Source: Amphiscolops sp. MND2022 (lineage: Eukaryota). From it: a stretch of DNA of 64,000 nucleotides. Shown piece after piece: positions 1-12,444 of this stretch; position 1 is the stretch's first letter; each line of letters starts with the position of its first letter. The stretch is taken from positions 10,170,001 through 10,234,000 of the forward strand of contig OZ076409.1 of NCBI GenBank assembly GCA_964187785.1, in the 5' to 3' direction. Below the pieces are notes generated by a model. The model saw only the letters and a program-made list of their open reading frames with translations. It did not search any database and had not been told where the DNA came from. A program made the position numbers and the translations under genes.

Positions 1-1
1 T

Positions 2-1975
2 GAAACGTCGGACGCGATGCTCCTCATTCCTACCCATTCCCTACAACTGGTCCAGACACAACCTGCAGACATCGAAGCCCCCGCCGTGCCTGCTATTTCG
101 TCAGACACATCTATGTTCGACTGCCTTCCGCAGTTATTCTCCGATCATGAGCATAGGCGCTCACCCTCACCACAGTTATCACCGTCAGATGATCCACCGG
201 AGCTATCCCCATCGGGTACCTCTGCTCCGCTGCTGACGCATCCTTCCTTTACCGACTACCTCAGTAAATACCCACTTTGGCCCAATCACGCCAAAGATAC
301 CAGCGCCCCCACTTCTCGTCCGCCTACACCCCCAGCGGACCAAGCCCCACCACCATTACCCAAACCACCCACCGCTCCTTCTGTTAAAAGGGGGAAGGGG
401 AGACCTCGGAAAAAGACAAGGGCGACAAGGGCACCCCGTTCACGTAAACCTTCGGCAAAGGCAGCGTCCAAGGTCCACGCGCCAATTTCAGACACGCAAA
501 CGGGATCCCAACATAGATACCAATTGAGGCATAAACGGCAGCCCAGATACAAATGTGGCACCTGTGGCTTGCGCGACTGCGCATGCGTGCTAGCTGTGCA
601 CGAGAACCGGGAGGTTCCCATTGGAGCCCGGGGAGTTCTCCCGGAGGGACGACACAATGCTGAACTGGTTCATCGTATCGTGGTGCGAGCGGAAAAGACC
701 TTCATTGGATTAGAGCGAACCGAGAATTATTCAGCAGAAACCATCTTGCAGCGAATCGGCGTACCGGGCGTTGCGAAGGCACCATGTCCTCAATTTAAGG
801 AATGGACAAATGACGGCAAAGGCCTAGAATTCACGCTGGCAATCGTGGTACCCCCAGTGCCCCCTAACGTCGTGTTTGGTCCGTTCAACTTTGAGCGGGA
901 GCCAGTGCAAATGGCCAGATGCACCACTGCTGATCTACGGTTGGACCGATACGGAGTCGAGGTAGAACCAGGAGGCGAGTATAGTCCAGCCCCGCACTGG
1001 TGGTTGTTGGTGACTGCACCGCGTGAAGTTGCGCTAGTGGAACCACGGCATTTGCTGCTTTGCCTGGAACGTTTGAGGACTTCCACAACGGAACACCTAC
1101 TCTTGTGCTTCCACCTTATTGACTGGTATCGTGGGAAAGTAAAATTTGGCTGGTGGTTGGAGCTGATCATAACGTGCTTCACCAACAACCACCGCATTCG
1201 TCTATTGGACGAATGGATCCACACTTTTGAGGAACCCCCGCTAGTGAGAGCAGCATTGAACACGCTGGACACATGGGTCCGAGCAAGTGTGGATAACAAA
1301 GCGTTGCCGCGCTCGGTGTGGCAGGATTTAGCTGCAATACAGGGTCGCACCGGGTCGCACCCCACGCGTATGCTTACCCCCTGATAATGGACCGGGTCGG
1401 GAAATAGTGTATCCCGGCAGCCTGAACATGGTGGAATACATTTCTTATGACACCACTGACTTTTTGCAAGTCGAAAGGCATGTAGCCCTGGCGTGCCCGG
1501 CGGATTTAGAAACCAGCTCGGCAGCACTGCGCTACGTGTTGCGGGATTGCGGCAAGGAGCAAGTATTTTCACTGCGCCCCCGGATAGGAGAATTTCTGAC
1601 CCTGACTCCTGCAATCACCAATAAACCCACCCAGACCATACACTTGCTAATCACCCGTGCGAATCAGCGCGCCCCGCTAATAGCAGATGATTTCCTATTA
1701 TGCATGCGACAATTGACGGCATGGTTAGAGGACAGGGGTATTGCCCGAGTCCATTTTCCGATACTGGACCCCGAAAGACCAGTATTCTCCCTGACCAACC
1801 TGTAAAAGGCACTAGTGGATTTGTTCGTGGACACGAACATTCACGTGTTGCTACACAATCGCGTGTACGTGTCTATACTCGGCATAGAGATAGGTGTTAA
1901 ACCACCTGAGTGCCATCTCTCAAGTTATTCTTGCTTGAGCGAAAACTCAAGTAAATTCGGTTTTAATTTCTGTTA
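2..1975 (+). pseudogene. C-terminal part of element A polyprotein: Pro/Ser-rich tail, AT-hook-like KRGKGRPRKK, CxxCxxxxCxC cluster, two TARG1/OARD1-like macro-domain repeats
   Basis: ORF 17-1384 is open from the window start. A 10-bp duplication (GGGTCGCACC x2, about 1342-1361) shifts the frame into ORF 1407-1805. After TAA 1803-1805 the frame continues KALVDLFVDTNIHVLLH. Motif spacing resembles TARG1 macro domains. Confidence 0.55.
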
Positions 1976-2198
1976 GAGTACGTCTTTTCTGTCATTAAAT
2001 TTTATTGAGATCTACGTTGAATAAGGACGCCTTCAGCGCCCTCTTAATTAACCTTTCTATATTTACAATTATGTTTTCCACTAACTAGTTCCCTAATGGA
2101 ACCGGTTTTAATGATGCACCAAAAGACATCAGTAACAAGGTTCTAATAGGCACCTATTTTAGAGCAGGATGGCTTAATATCACAATGCCCCTGCAGCA

Positions 2199-5100
2199 AT
2201 GCCTGCCTCGACTCAACCCAATCAGGACGTTGCCCGAACGCAACGTGTACGGCAAGTGCAGTCTATTGAAGAAAGGATGCGCAATGGCATATCGCCAGCT
2301 GCAATTGCAGGGATCACTGCTCTTTTAGCGCAACTGGAGACGCAGCCCACACTACCTAGCTTGGCAGTTTCTATAGTCGCCGATGTAGCTGGCTATAAGC
2401 GTACAATGACCTGTAGGAACGGCACTTGGGACGGCTACGATTTGACCCACTCCTTCCTTGATGATCGCTCCTCGGTGGTGCGATGTCCCAGCGTGCTCAC
2501 CACAATGGAGCAGGAAGCGTTGCTGTGGATCCCAATAGCCAACGTGCCGATGCCACAACCTCTCCCACCAGCACATCTGGTGATCCAGCCACAGATACCA
2601 TCAATGCAATTGACGAGTCAAGCAGCATACCTGCCCAATGAGCATTCCATGATGCCCCCTGCAGCTCAAATGGCACCTTATGCCAGTGCTCCAGCGACCA
2701 TTGCGTCGCACATGGTATTAAGCACAACACCCCAGCAGGAGCCAGAGGACTCCTCTCCAAGGTCTATCGCTAGAGTGCAATCAGTGCAGTCTTCTGCACT
2801 TTCATCTGCCCGCAGCAGTATCACTGCACCAGATATGTCACATAGAACGCCAATTGAGCAGGCAGTTATTCAAGCCCTCCAAGCAGTGGCGAACTATCCA
2901 GAATCAAGAGAGTTCGTCAAAACTATGTCCAAGCAACTTCCAGGCCTACAAAACCTACTCGAAGCACCTGGTCCAAGCACCAGTTCAAATACACCTGGCC
3001 CTAGCACTGCTAGGACTAGAGCCCCCTCACCCGTCTCAGGATTGTCACCCGTCTCCGATGAGGAGCTGGGTCGTAAACTAACCTCGCCGCATGGGCAATC
3101 ACCGACAGTCAGTACCACCGATAGTCCAACAAGTCGCCCTCCCCCGGATAAACGCCAGCATGCGCTGCGTTCAGTAGTTATACAAGAGCCAACGAAAGTG
3201 GGCTACCGTGGTGTACCCATGCCCCAAATGGCAATGGACGAAGCTATAGAACGATATACTCCAAGTCCTAGTTCTTCGGCAAATGCTGAGCGCTCGAGCA
3301 CTTCAGTGACATCCTCAGCTTCCAGATCTACGGAACCAACACCACCGCCTTATTGTCCCCAGTCTGATGACGTTGCGGCAACTGTGGTGACGCGCGATGC
3401 CAATCGCATATGGCAAGTTGCCCCAAGGCTATATGAGCGGCAATTTCGTGATCGACAGCGAGTTCCACCCTCGAGCGCTGACCAAGCTCAGCTGAAGAAG
3501 CTTTCCATTGTATCTCATGTGACGATGACCCTACGAGCCCATGACATTGACAAAGGTGGGACAGCATGGGAGCAACGGATAGTTCAGAGATCATCTGATT
3601 GACTACTCAATGATTGACTACTGCTCATGACAACTATTTGCGACCCATGATGAACGACTTGCATGCGCAATGCAGCGCCAGATACTCATTGCAACAAGGC
3701 GAAACCTGAGAGACCCACGGACAGTATCCTCGAAGTCTCAGAGCTATCCAACTCATTTTAAAGAATGCCCTACAGCGCACGCGCTACCGCGTGATGATGG
3801 ATTCTACGGTCCCATGCAACCTTCCGTTTGACAACTTGGTTCCGGATGTCCTGGTAGTAACCATGCACTTGTCGCAACTGCCAGAGATGGCCGAAGTAGC
3901 CATTGCCATGTTCGCTCCGGAATTGGAAGGATCTCAAAGGGAGCCACCACCGCGGAGGATTATTTTCTCCAATATAATGGACCATATGGCTTGTGAAGGC
4001 CAGTTGCAAGATCTGCCGCGTTTACTACGCGAGATGACCACCCGTGACGCCGCCAGAAATGAAGTTTTGAGATTGTTGCACCAAATTGCCACCTCGATGG
4101 AGCGTACGGCAGAGATGCTCCGCACTCAGTTGAGAGTGCCATCCCTGTTTGTTTCTCTTCCAGGCATGCTGTACTGGGGAGGTATGTTCCAACAGTGCGT
4201 ATACATGCTGAGTGAGGTGTGCAAAGCTCGTAGCATCGAGTTTTACTTGTGCGCGCCCAACTTACGCGTCAGCAAGACGGACTTGCGCCCCGCCGCACTG
4301 TCAGCGCACGCATACCTAGCACCGATCTCACGCCTATTGCAGCCAGTGGAAAAGGGAGGCAATGCACAGCTCACTTGGGATGATGCAGTCTACTATGATC
4401 ATGGAATGCGTCTAGGCACGCTAACTTTCGATGAGAATGGCAATCGGACTCGTCCAGAGGCCACACTCAAAGAGCGCGAGATCATGCGCCGGTACAACTG
4501 GTTGGTGCGGGAGGCCCACCCAAATACAATTAAGGCGGATCTAGCTGCAGTTTGGGATCAGATCGGCAGATGGGCACTCTACCGCGATATCGAGCGAACG
4601 ATTCCTCTGATCCAGTTTGCCAACAATACTGAAATTATCAAAATGCCACTGGGTGTGAGGCACCTGGTAGCGCAAGAAGCCGTTACCCTCGATGAACTGG
4701 TCCAGGAGCGTGAGGTCACGTATGGTGACTGGTATCAGGAACGATTGGCCACCGTTACCTTGGAAATGGCAGCCAGAGGATTGTCTGCGTCCTTTCCGGC
4801 GCTGCTAACAAGTTTTGGCTTAGGCTGGCATTTGGATGTGATTGCCGCCGAATTTTGTCTGACGGATGACCAGTTAAAAAAACTCACCGACTTGCTGCAG
4901 CGAACCACAGTCAATGAGGTACCTGCTCTTGCATTGGCCTTGGGCCCCACTAAATTTGTGGCTGGTCCCCTTGCCATTCTCGTAGATTTGACCACTACCG
5001 GAGGGATTCTAGAATTCTACACGTATCTGGTTCTCGCACAAGGAAAGATGACCAGCTTGATTGGTTTCGGAGAGTTGCTATTCTTGCAGAATGGGCGCAA

Positions 5101-6430
5101 CTACACCGACCAGCTATTCCGCATGAGAGCTTCGGTGCAACACTGGTTATACTCAACTCTGATCTATGCATCAGGTCTATTCGTAGGAGTTGACCAGGCT
5201 CAACCTCTTCATCACCCTGACGCGCAACTGCCGCGCGAGAATGCAGGCTTTCCACTGCCACAGCAGTTGGCAGACTTAACACTCGCTGAAGTGCAGGACC
5301 TGGTCCCTGTCATCGCCCCAGTACTGATTCCTATCTTTGGAGCTTTAGGTGTACTGCGCTATCCCATTAAACCCGTCTACATGGCAGTTCAAGTAGCAAC
5401 TGTCTCGATATTTACTTACCTGCAAGGAAGTCCACCCATGTCATATGAGTGCATGATTCAAGAAACCTTGAGCGGTGAGATGCCTCAAGCATACACGACC
5501 ATCATTCGTGCCCGCGCGCGCAAAGCCGCAGAGCTCCCTCGTGAATATGGACCAGTCAACGGGTACAACGCACCAATGGACCTTCATGGACAACCCTTTC
5601 GGTTCCCATGGACCGTGGACTTTATAAAGAAAACTATCAACTCTAGTCTGGATGCAAGTCCCACTGTTCGCTCGGATTTTAGGTTCAAGTTCATCAAGGT
5701 ACCCAACCGCTATTGGAAAGAGAACGTGGGATATCCCCGTGCCCGCCCAATCGCGCGCGGCCAGGAGCTTTTGAACCACCAGCATCGCCACACAGACTCT
5801 GCGAATGTGCCACAATGGATTAGCGTCGCTGCGCAGGTGCGTGACCGCAATCTTTCCCGCCGGATGGCCTCGATACAATATGAGCCGGTCTGGCGTCCGC
5901 AAGGCCGCATGACAATGTCGGGAGATACGCCACTGACGTTGTTGGATATTGTGAATCAAGTGCTGGGCGCAGAAATGCGCGCTGAGTGGGATGACGAATG
6001 TCTCCACTTAGAAGTGACGAATTTCGAAATGTGGAAGAAGGCGTGTACACTATGGAAGCAGAGCGGATGGATTTCAAAACGTGTGGCTCTAGCAGCTCAC
6101 GATCGCGCTGAAGAGGAGCGTGCTCAGCGCTATGCTCCCACACCATCTCAAAACACCGCTGCCCCTAATATGGCCATGTCCTTGGAGCAAACCCTCACCG
6201 TGGAAGCTGCATCCTTGGAAGATGAGGTTACAGTTGAGACAGCTATGCCTGTAGCCCCTAGTCCTTCCGGTGAGCACACGGCAGAGCTTACGCCCAATGC
6301 GGCACTAGCTGACCCCATTGGACAATTAACCATCGACACCGAGGCGTCTACCAGACGCGTATCCACGAGCGATGCCTCACCCCCTAAGGAAACTTCTCCT
6401 CGCAGCAGAAACAGGCCTGCCGCCCAATGA
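2199..6430 (+). pseudogene. Large extra ORF of element A (ORFs 2199-3602 and 3791-6430, probably one disrupted ORF): Ser/Pro-rich N-terminus, SGNH/GDSL-like region, hydrophobic helical C-terminal region
   Basis: A duplicated TGATTGACTACT at 3596/3611 and a TGA near 3707 separate the two long ORFs. VMMDST, RRIIFSNIMD, LFVSLPG and DLRPAALSAHAY fall at SGNH block-like spacing. Confidence 0.45.
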
Positions 6431-7238
6431 AGCACCTCTGCCAATACGAAGGTGAGCCCGAGGGCTCACACAAAACCAAATGAAGCTAAGCCTTCTCTTG
6501 CCGTATTCCTGCTACAAACTCATGATAAACATTTTAGCCTTACCTTGGTGCTGTATTAATTTCGGTGCAATTTCAGTTGATAGTTAGTAAATCAAATGTC
6601 TTCACTGCGTGCCTGGGGTGTACGGTCATTGAGTGCGCCTGCCCCTCCTGCTGATATTACGTTAACGAATTCAACAAAAAGATACAAACAATCATTGTTT
6701 TTCCTTGATGAATGCCTCCAGTGACGCTCGAAAAAAGAGATCCAGGTGCGCTAGCACAGCAGACTAGCAAAAAGATCTTTTAAAGTAGTCTGACATTCTT
6801 ACGTTGAGTCGTGTGTGTTCTATCAATTTTCTATTTTTGAGTTGAGCCGATGCGCTCTTACAAAAAGATATTTTTAGCGAAAAACTGAAAAAAAAACGAG
6901 TTTTGACTAAACTGAGAAAATTTTATTTAGCAGGCACTTGTCGCAAAAAAAAACGTTTTAGCCAGCCAAAGGTGCTTCAAACAGCTCTAGCCATTGAAAA
7001 TTTCTACTAGAAATTTCTGCTAGTAGCTCTCGCGCTGGTGCTATAAACGACTCGAAATTTTTTTTGTAAAATACTAGGTTTTGCAGTAAAATTGTCATAA
7101 GATCCAAAAGGCAATGTCCCAAGGTGGCTGTTATATCCAACGGTGATCCGACTTCCAGATGTATCCACAGCATGTACGGGACCCTACTCTCAGCGAAGAC
7201 CCCTACAATGCTTGCCAGGGACGACAAGCCAGGAGCCC

Positions 7239-7248
7239 GGGGAGTGGA
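7239..7248 (+). other. Polypurine tract of element A
   Basis: GGGGAGTGGA directly abuts the TG start of the LTR. Confidence 0.65.
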
Positions 7249-7963
7249 TGTAACGGCAGCCTGTGATCAAAGACGATTTTCGAAATTTTCGAGATTTGCT
7301 GAAAAATTCGTTCAAGGATGACGTGGCACTCGAACATGGTTTTCTTTCGAAGTACCTGCCCAGAGAAGCATAGGAAGCTGAAAGAGCAGACCCCGCGAAG
7401 CGGAGAGACCCGAAAAAGCGTAGGATGGACCTGTGAAACGGCCCGAGAGCCTAGCCTATGCGCTAAACTTCGAAAAAACCCACGGTGACAAGATGAAAAC
7501 GTGTTGTGCCAGACCACCCATATGTTGAGATATCTGCCATTCGCGGACCCAGGGTTGTGATCAGCCCACGAACCACCTAGACTCAACTGCTCGCCAAACA
7601 CTGGATTTAACTCTTTTATGAGGCTGTTTTAATGATTTGTTTGATTAATTTGTTATTCGAGAGCTTTTGATGCTATTTACGATTCTGGACGATTCAATTG
7701 AGTTCTATGCAACTAGCCCCGTTTCTATAGGCTGTTTAGGCGGTGGTTGTGAAGAGAAAAAGCATAATGCCCGTTATTCTCAGCAGTTAAAGACTGGAAC
7801 AGGTCAGAGAGCATCCCTTAGGACGGTTCCCCCTCCTCGGGACCGGCTACCCACAGGAGGACAAAGTGAGCTGGTGCTATGGTGGTTTGTCACGGACCAT
7901 ATCCATAGTGTCAGTTCCTCCACTCCAATGTTTCGTCCCAAACGCTTAGCGCTTGCCGTTACA
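7249..7963 (+). repeat. 3' LTR of element A
   Basis: 10-bp terminal inverted repeats TGTAACGGCA / TGCCGTTACA, PPT immediately upstream, AT-rich host DNA downstream. Confidence 0.8.
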
Positions 7964-8470
7964 TATATTGCTGTGAGCAATCAACAGTTGTTTACAAACA
8001 ACACATTTTTATGTGCGGCTATCCTGAGAAAAATCGAACTTAGGATCTCTTACCACATATTGCTGTCACTATCGAATCAATTTTTTTTCATTTGCTTTTT
8101 TGATTTAAAAAAATTCAAACTTCAATAAAATGTTTTTGGTGTTGTGAGGCTGTGAAGAAAGACTGCCATTTTCAAACAGAAGATTGATTAAGCTCACAAA
8201 CTGAAAACAAAACTGTTTTAAAGGTCACGGATGTCAATGAGAAATCATAAGTCAAATTTAGTCCCCACGGAAACAAATTTTTTTTTAGTACTTCTTTTTG
8301 AAACAATGTAAACAGTTATTAAAATTTAAAAAGCTCGAAGGACGAATGTCACTTTTGATTTCTTTATAAAGAAATCGGAACACCTGCTAGCAAGAAAAGT
8401 ACAAAGATTCCATTCATTTTTTTGAATATTCAATCTTAATCATTGTTTTGAACTTGTAAGAACTACAAAA

Positions 8471-9421
8471 ATGAACTTTTATTTCATGCTACATACTTTT
8501 ATCTCCTTCTCGTCATATCTTACAGATACAATAGTTGCGAAATCTTTTCCACAGAAAGTTCTCTCTTCATTTTACCAAGAAAATATAGAAGGAAAATGCT
8601 CGAATTCTTCACGTAGTTTGATCAATACGGAAGTAAAATCAGAGTCCAAATGTGCTGTTTTATGCAACAAAAACAGTAATTGCTTATCCTTTGGAATACG
8701 TATCGTTTTTGGAGGCAAAATATGTCAGTTGTACAGCCAGGATATCTATTCACGGGCACGGGGGGTGAAAATTTTACAGAAAGATACAGAGTGTAAATAT
8801 TTCGGAATGATAAAGGAAAGGAAGCCAATGTGCCAACAAGATGGTGTGTTCGCAGACATACAAAATGATGGCAAAACCAGTGAGAATTGTGCGATGATAC
8901 GTCGAAAGCGAGTTGACAGGGAATGGGGCGAATGGGGATGGAACGAAACCCTAGATGACGGCGGAGTTGATAGAAAAACAATCCAAAGACGACAAATTCT
9001 GATTGACGCAGCACATGGAGGAATAGAAGGCAATGGATCATCCGAGAAGATTGTCAGGTGGATCAAGATTGTGAAACATGAAATGACGTGGGATAAAGCG
9101 AATGAATCTTGTGAGCTTTTGGGTGGTGAACTGTTTCACAGAGTCAATGGAACTCAGCAGCAGTTAGATTTCTTTGTGGATAAAATGGGAAACAAATCAC
9201 ACTGGTTGGGAATCTACACAGACGATCACGTGGTGTGGAAGTCAGTGTTGAATGACGTCATCAAGCCGGAGCTTCTGCTTTGGAAAAGGGGTCAACCAAA
9301 TAATAATGGAGGCGATCAGAATCACGTTGCCAACACTGCACCATGGAATAATGTGCCCACAATTGGGTTGAGTGACAACAACAAGTCGGAGAAAAAGCGA
9401 TTCATTTGTGATATAATATGA
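8471..9421 (+). CDS. Secreted PAN/Apple + C-type lectin domain protein (intronless)
   Basis: Hydrophobic N-terminus; PAN-like CAVLCNKNSNCLSF...CQLY; WGEWGW segment; CTL motifs MTWDKANESCELLGG, HWLGI, WKRGQPNN, FICD. Paralogue at 58991-59911. Confidence 0.85.
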   Translation: MNFYFMLHTFISFSSYLTDTIVAKSFPQKVLSSFYQENIEGKCSNSSRSLINTEVKSESKCAVLCNKNSNCLSFGIRIVFGGKICQLYSQDIYSRARGVKILQKDTECKYFGMIKERKPMCQQDGVFADIQNDGKTSENCAMIRRKRVDREWGEWGWNETLDDGGVDRKTIQRRQILIDAAHGGIEGNGSSEKIVRWIKIVKHEMTWDKANESCELLGGELFHRVNGTQQQLDFFVDKMGNKSHWLGIYTDDHVVWKSVLNDVIKPELLLWKRGQPNNNGGDQNHVANTAPWNNVPTIGLSDNNKSEKKRFICDII

Positions 9422-10065
9422 AGCCGAAAACACGTTATTGCATTCTTAGTTTGAAGCTACGTTATAATGTAGAAACTGTATATCAATCAGCTGAATTAGA
9501 CCTCTCTTTTGTTTCAAATGTAACAAATTCATTTACATGGAACTCTAGTGGGCCCAAAATTTGTGCATTAGTGAAAAAATTTTAATCAATGGGGACGCTT
9601 TGAACCCTAATGAAGACAAGAATGAAAATATGATCAGAGTGATTTTCAAAATGTTAGATTTGAAAGGTTTTAAATACCATACACTATAGTGTATCGTATT
9701 CGACTATATTCGAAGCATAAATGTTATCAGAAAATATTCATTTTTTCAGCATACTGTTTGCGAAATTTTAATCTCATGACTTTGTAAAAGTAATAAAACT
9801 ATGAAACTGTTTCAATAAGCAAGCAAGTTAATTGAATCAACAAAACTAGGACGCATACTGAACACTGGGATAGATTTCGCCTTGAAATACATTCGAAACG
9901 AGCTAGTAGCTGCTCACGTCAGTGCCTAGCTCGAGTCGTTGAAAGAGCACAATTTTTTATAACGATTGTCGCGTTTTCAGGGGAATCAATGGCGGAATCA
10001 ATTGAAGCAATATAAAGAGAAAAACCAATAACTAAACATATGAGAAAATGCGATTGAGACGAAAA

Positions 10066-10183
10066 TACTCAATTAGTTTCTTGGCGCCCATAACACCTCG
10101 GAGAGGACTTTTTTAAACGGACCCAAACGGATTTTTGAACCAAACGGATCAAACGGACCCAAATAATTTTAGAGCAAAAAATG
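10066..10183 (+). repeat. 5' piece of unit 1 of a 1312-bp tandem duplication, split by element B
   Basis: Nearly identical to 28795-28912 and continues at 27601. Confidence 0.9.
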
Positions 10184-12444
10184 TGTCACGACCCGCTCCC
10201 GGTCGTAATTTTACTTGCTGCTCTGGAGTACCGGGATTCGGCAGAGGACATGGACAAAGGCAGAGTAAATACTTTTGAACTTTGTTAAACCAACCAAATC
10301 AAAATTCTACTTACAGTACAGTTAAATAAGTACGAATAATTTTCAAATACAGAATCCAACGTAAGCGTTACGGAAGATTTTTCAGAAATGACTTTAAACT
10401 AGCTGAAACTTCCGGTCTAATGTTTTCACACGCACACCGTTTTATTTACGGTTTTATCTTTTGAGTTTTCCATTCCAATCTAAACACTAAATAATTTTGC
10501 AAACAGGATCATTTTGGCGCTCCACACTAAAATGAAAACACAGAAACAACGTTTAACTCCGAGATCCCAACGGAATCCATAAGATCTAAAATGAAAGAGC
10601 ATACAAAAACAGAGCGGAAATGTGTTCCAATATTAAAGTAGTTGTTAAATATCCACTTAAAATCGCAGTCAAGTGATTTTAAGTAAATGTTTACAACGTT
10701 ATGACAGCGTCACTCAACTAGGCTAGTAACGGGTGTTTCTATTTTTACGGACCAATAGCGTCGCTTGCCGGCGGAATTATCTGAGCTCGTACCAATAGAA
10801 TTACGCTTTGTTGCCCCTAGCAACGCTTACCAGCTAAGAAAAGAGAATAGAATCGCGTACGCTCTCCGTTTTCACTCCGCTTGCTACTGCTGCTCAGCTA
10901 TAAGCAATCTTAATACGTACGGAGCACTTACGGAGCGGATTGTAAAATTGTATTCCGCTGTTCAGCTATAGATAATCTTAATATGTACGTAGCATCTACA
11001 GAGCGAATTGTAAAATCGCAAATGAGAAATACTGGTTCAAATGAAATCCAAATTAAGTTTTTTAAATCGATGCGTTTGAAAGATTCAGGAGTTATGATTC
11101 TTATATAAGGAAAATTGTACTGTAAGGAAGGATGATAGAAATTGCAATGGTATTTTTATGTTCTGGATTTGTATCATCATGATAAATCACTAGATCACGT
11201 TGACATTATGCTTTGTTTAGTACTTCCTTAATGGAACAAATCTACTTGGTTTACTATGGCACTTAAAATATCTTAATTATAATCCTGATGCAAGACGTAA
11301 GGTCAACGGTTATTGTGTAAAATGTTGAAGTTGCTTTCCACTTGATACTACAAACATGTTGCGCTCATCTAATTAGCAGTATAACCATTGTTACATTCCG
11401 TTAAAGTCCCGTTTGGACTTGATTTGTGTTCAATATGAATGATGTAGTATGCCATTAGCAGATAATTCATATGTTCGAATTTGGGATTACCGTTTCAGCA
11501 TCGTTTGTTCTTTTATACCAAACTTCCACATTTTTCTTCCGCTTCTAAGTTAACTCATTTCGTATCGATTCCGTCGCCATTTTTGAGTGTCATTCTTTTA
11601 CTTCGAACTTCAATTTCCTAACTTGATTGCTGACTAATTATTCATGCCGGCGTGCCTACGCTGATGAAAATGTCAGCTAGACTTCTATTTTGCCGCAATT
11701 GTGAAGCTCAAACAGGAAATGAATCGGCTGAACGAAAATGATTTCAACAAAGTTTTACGGAACACTGACGCAATTAGGAACTTTGATACCTGATTTTTTG
11801 ACGCGGGACTGAAATAATATAAATCATTAGCGCTTTTTGTTGAACAAAACCGATTTTTGTGATACCTAGGAATTTTTAGGTGAGGAACAAATGATGCTGG
11901 GAAGGTTTAAATATGTAAAACATACTTGTAAATCAGTTAGTTTTTTTGACCTGCTTTGTAATATTTAGTTCTGTTCCGTTATCATAACGTGTTCAAAAGA
12001 AAACCTAAATCTTTGAAGAATTCAACTTTTCCAAAGATACTTTCTCTCTCTCTCTCTCAACCGAAATGACAACTAGAAGCCAGAAAAGGAAAGCCGTAGC
12101 TGAGTTAGTCTCAGGTGATTTCGAAACCTCTATAACCGAAGACTTTCCGCCTGAAAACCTTGTAGCTAGTTCCAGCAAGATTCCTAGGATAGAACCAGAA
12201 GGCTTGGCTGAGATAAAAACGTCACTAAGAAAGGAGATTATGTCTGATCTGACTAAAATACTTGCGGAAAACCAAAAGGAAATGCTTAAACTGATAGCAC
12301 CTTTAAACAAGAAACAAACTGTCCACATGTATGTTCAAGACTCTGACTCTGAAACAGAGAATGTTTCCGTAGCAAGGACGTCTACCCCCGTTAAAACTCA
12401 TACTGCGACTAACTCTAAAACAACACCGATAAATAGTCGTGACA
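10184..12444 (+). repeat. 5' LTR of element B
   Basis: TGTCACGAC...GTCGTGACA. Near-identical to 25206-27595 apart from a deletion of about 120 bp near 11308 and scattered differences. Confidence 0.95.
10810..10824. promoter_or_regulatory. RFX X-box-like palindrome with nearby CCAAT boxes in LTR B
   Basis: GTTGCCCCTAGCAAC, with CCAAT at about 10752 and 10792. The diverged LTR B2 keeps GTTGCTAGTGGCAAC at 34974-34988. Confidence 0.5.

Larger units (their letters stand above)
1..7963 (+). mobile_element. Element A: 3' part of an LTR retrotransposon (probably Ty3/Gypsy), truncated by the window start
   Basis: Ends in a 715-bp LTR with TGTAACGGCA...TGCCGTTACA termini preceded by a purine tract. 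The internal ORFs are GC-richer than the host DNA. No RT or integrase core lies inside the window, so the superfamily is inferred. Confidence 0.75.

Noticed and set aside
790..1614. Long antisense ORFs over coding regions (also 14590-15225, 58975-59556)
   Set aside because: Shadow frames of real sense ORFs, with no motifs or independent homologues.
7667..8128. 153-aa ORF
   Set aside because: Straddles the LTR A boundary, has a non-ATG start and no recognisable motif.
12436..12444. 5' LTR ends GTGACA whereas 3' LTRs end GTAACA
   Set aside because: A single substitution in one copy; insufficient to claim a mechanism.
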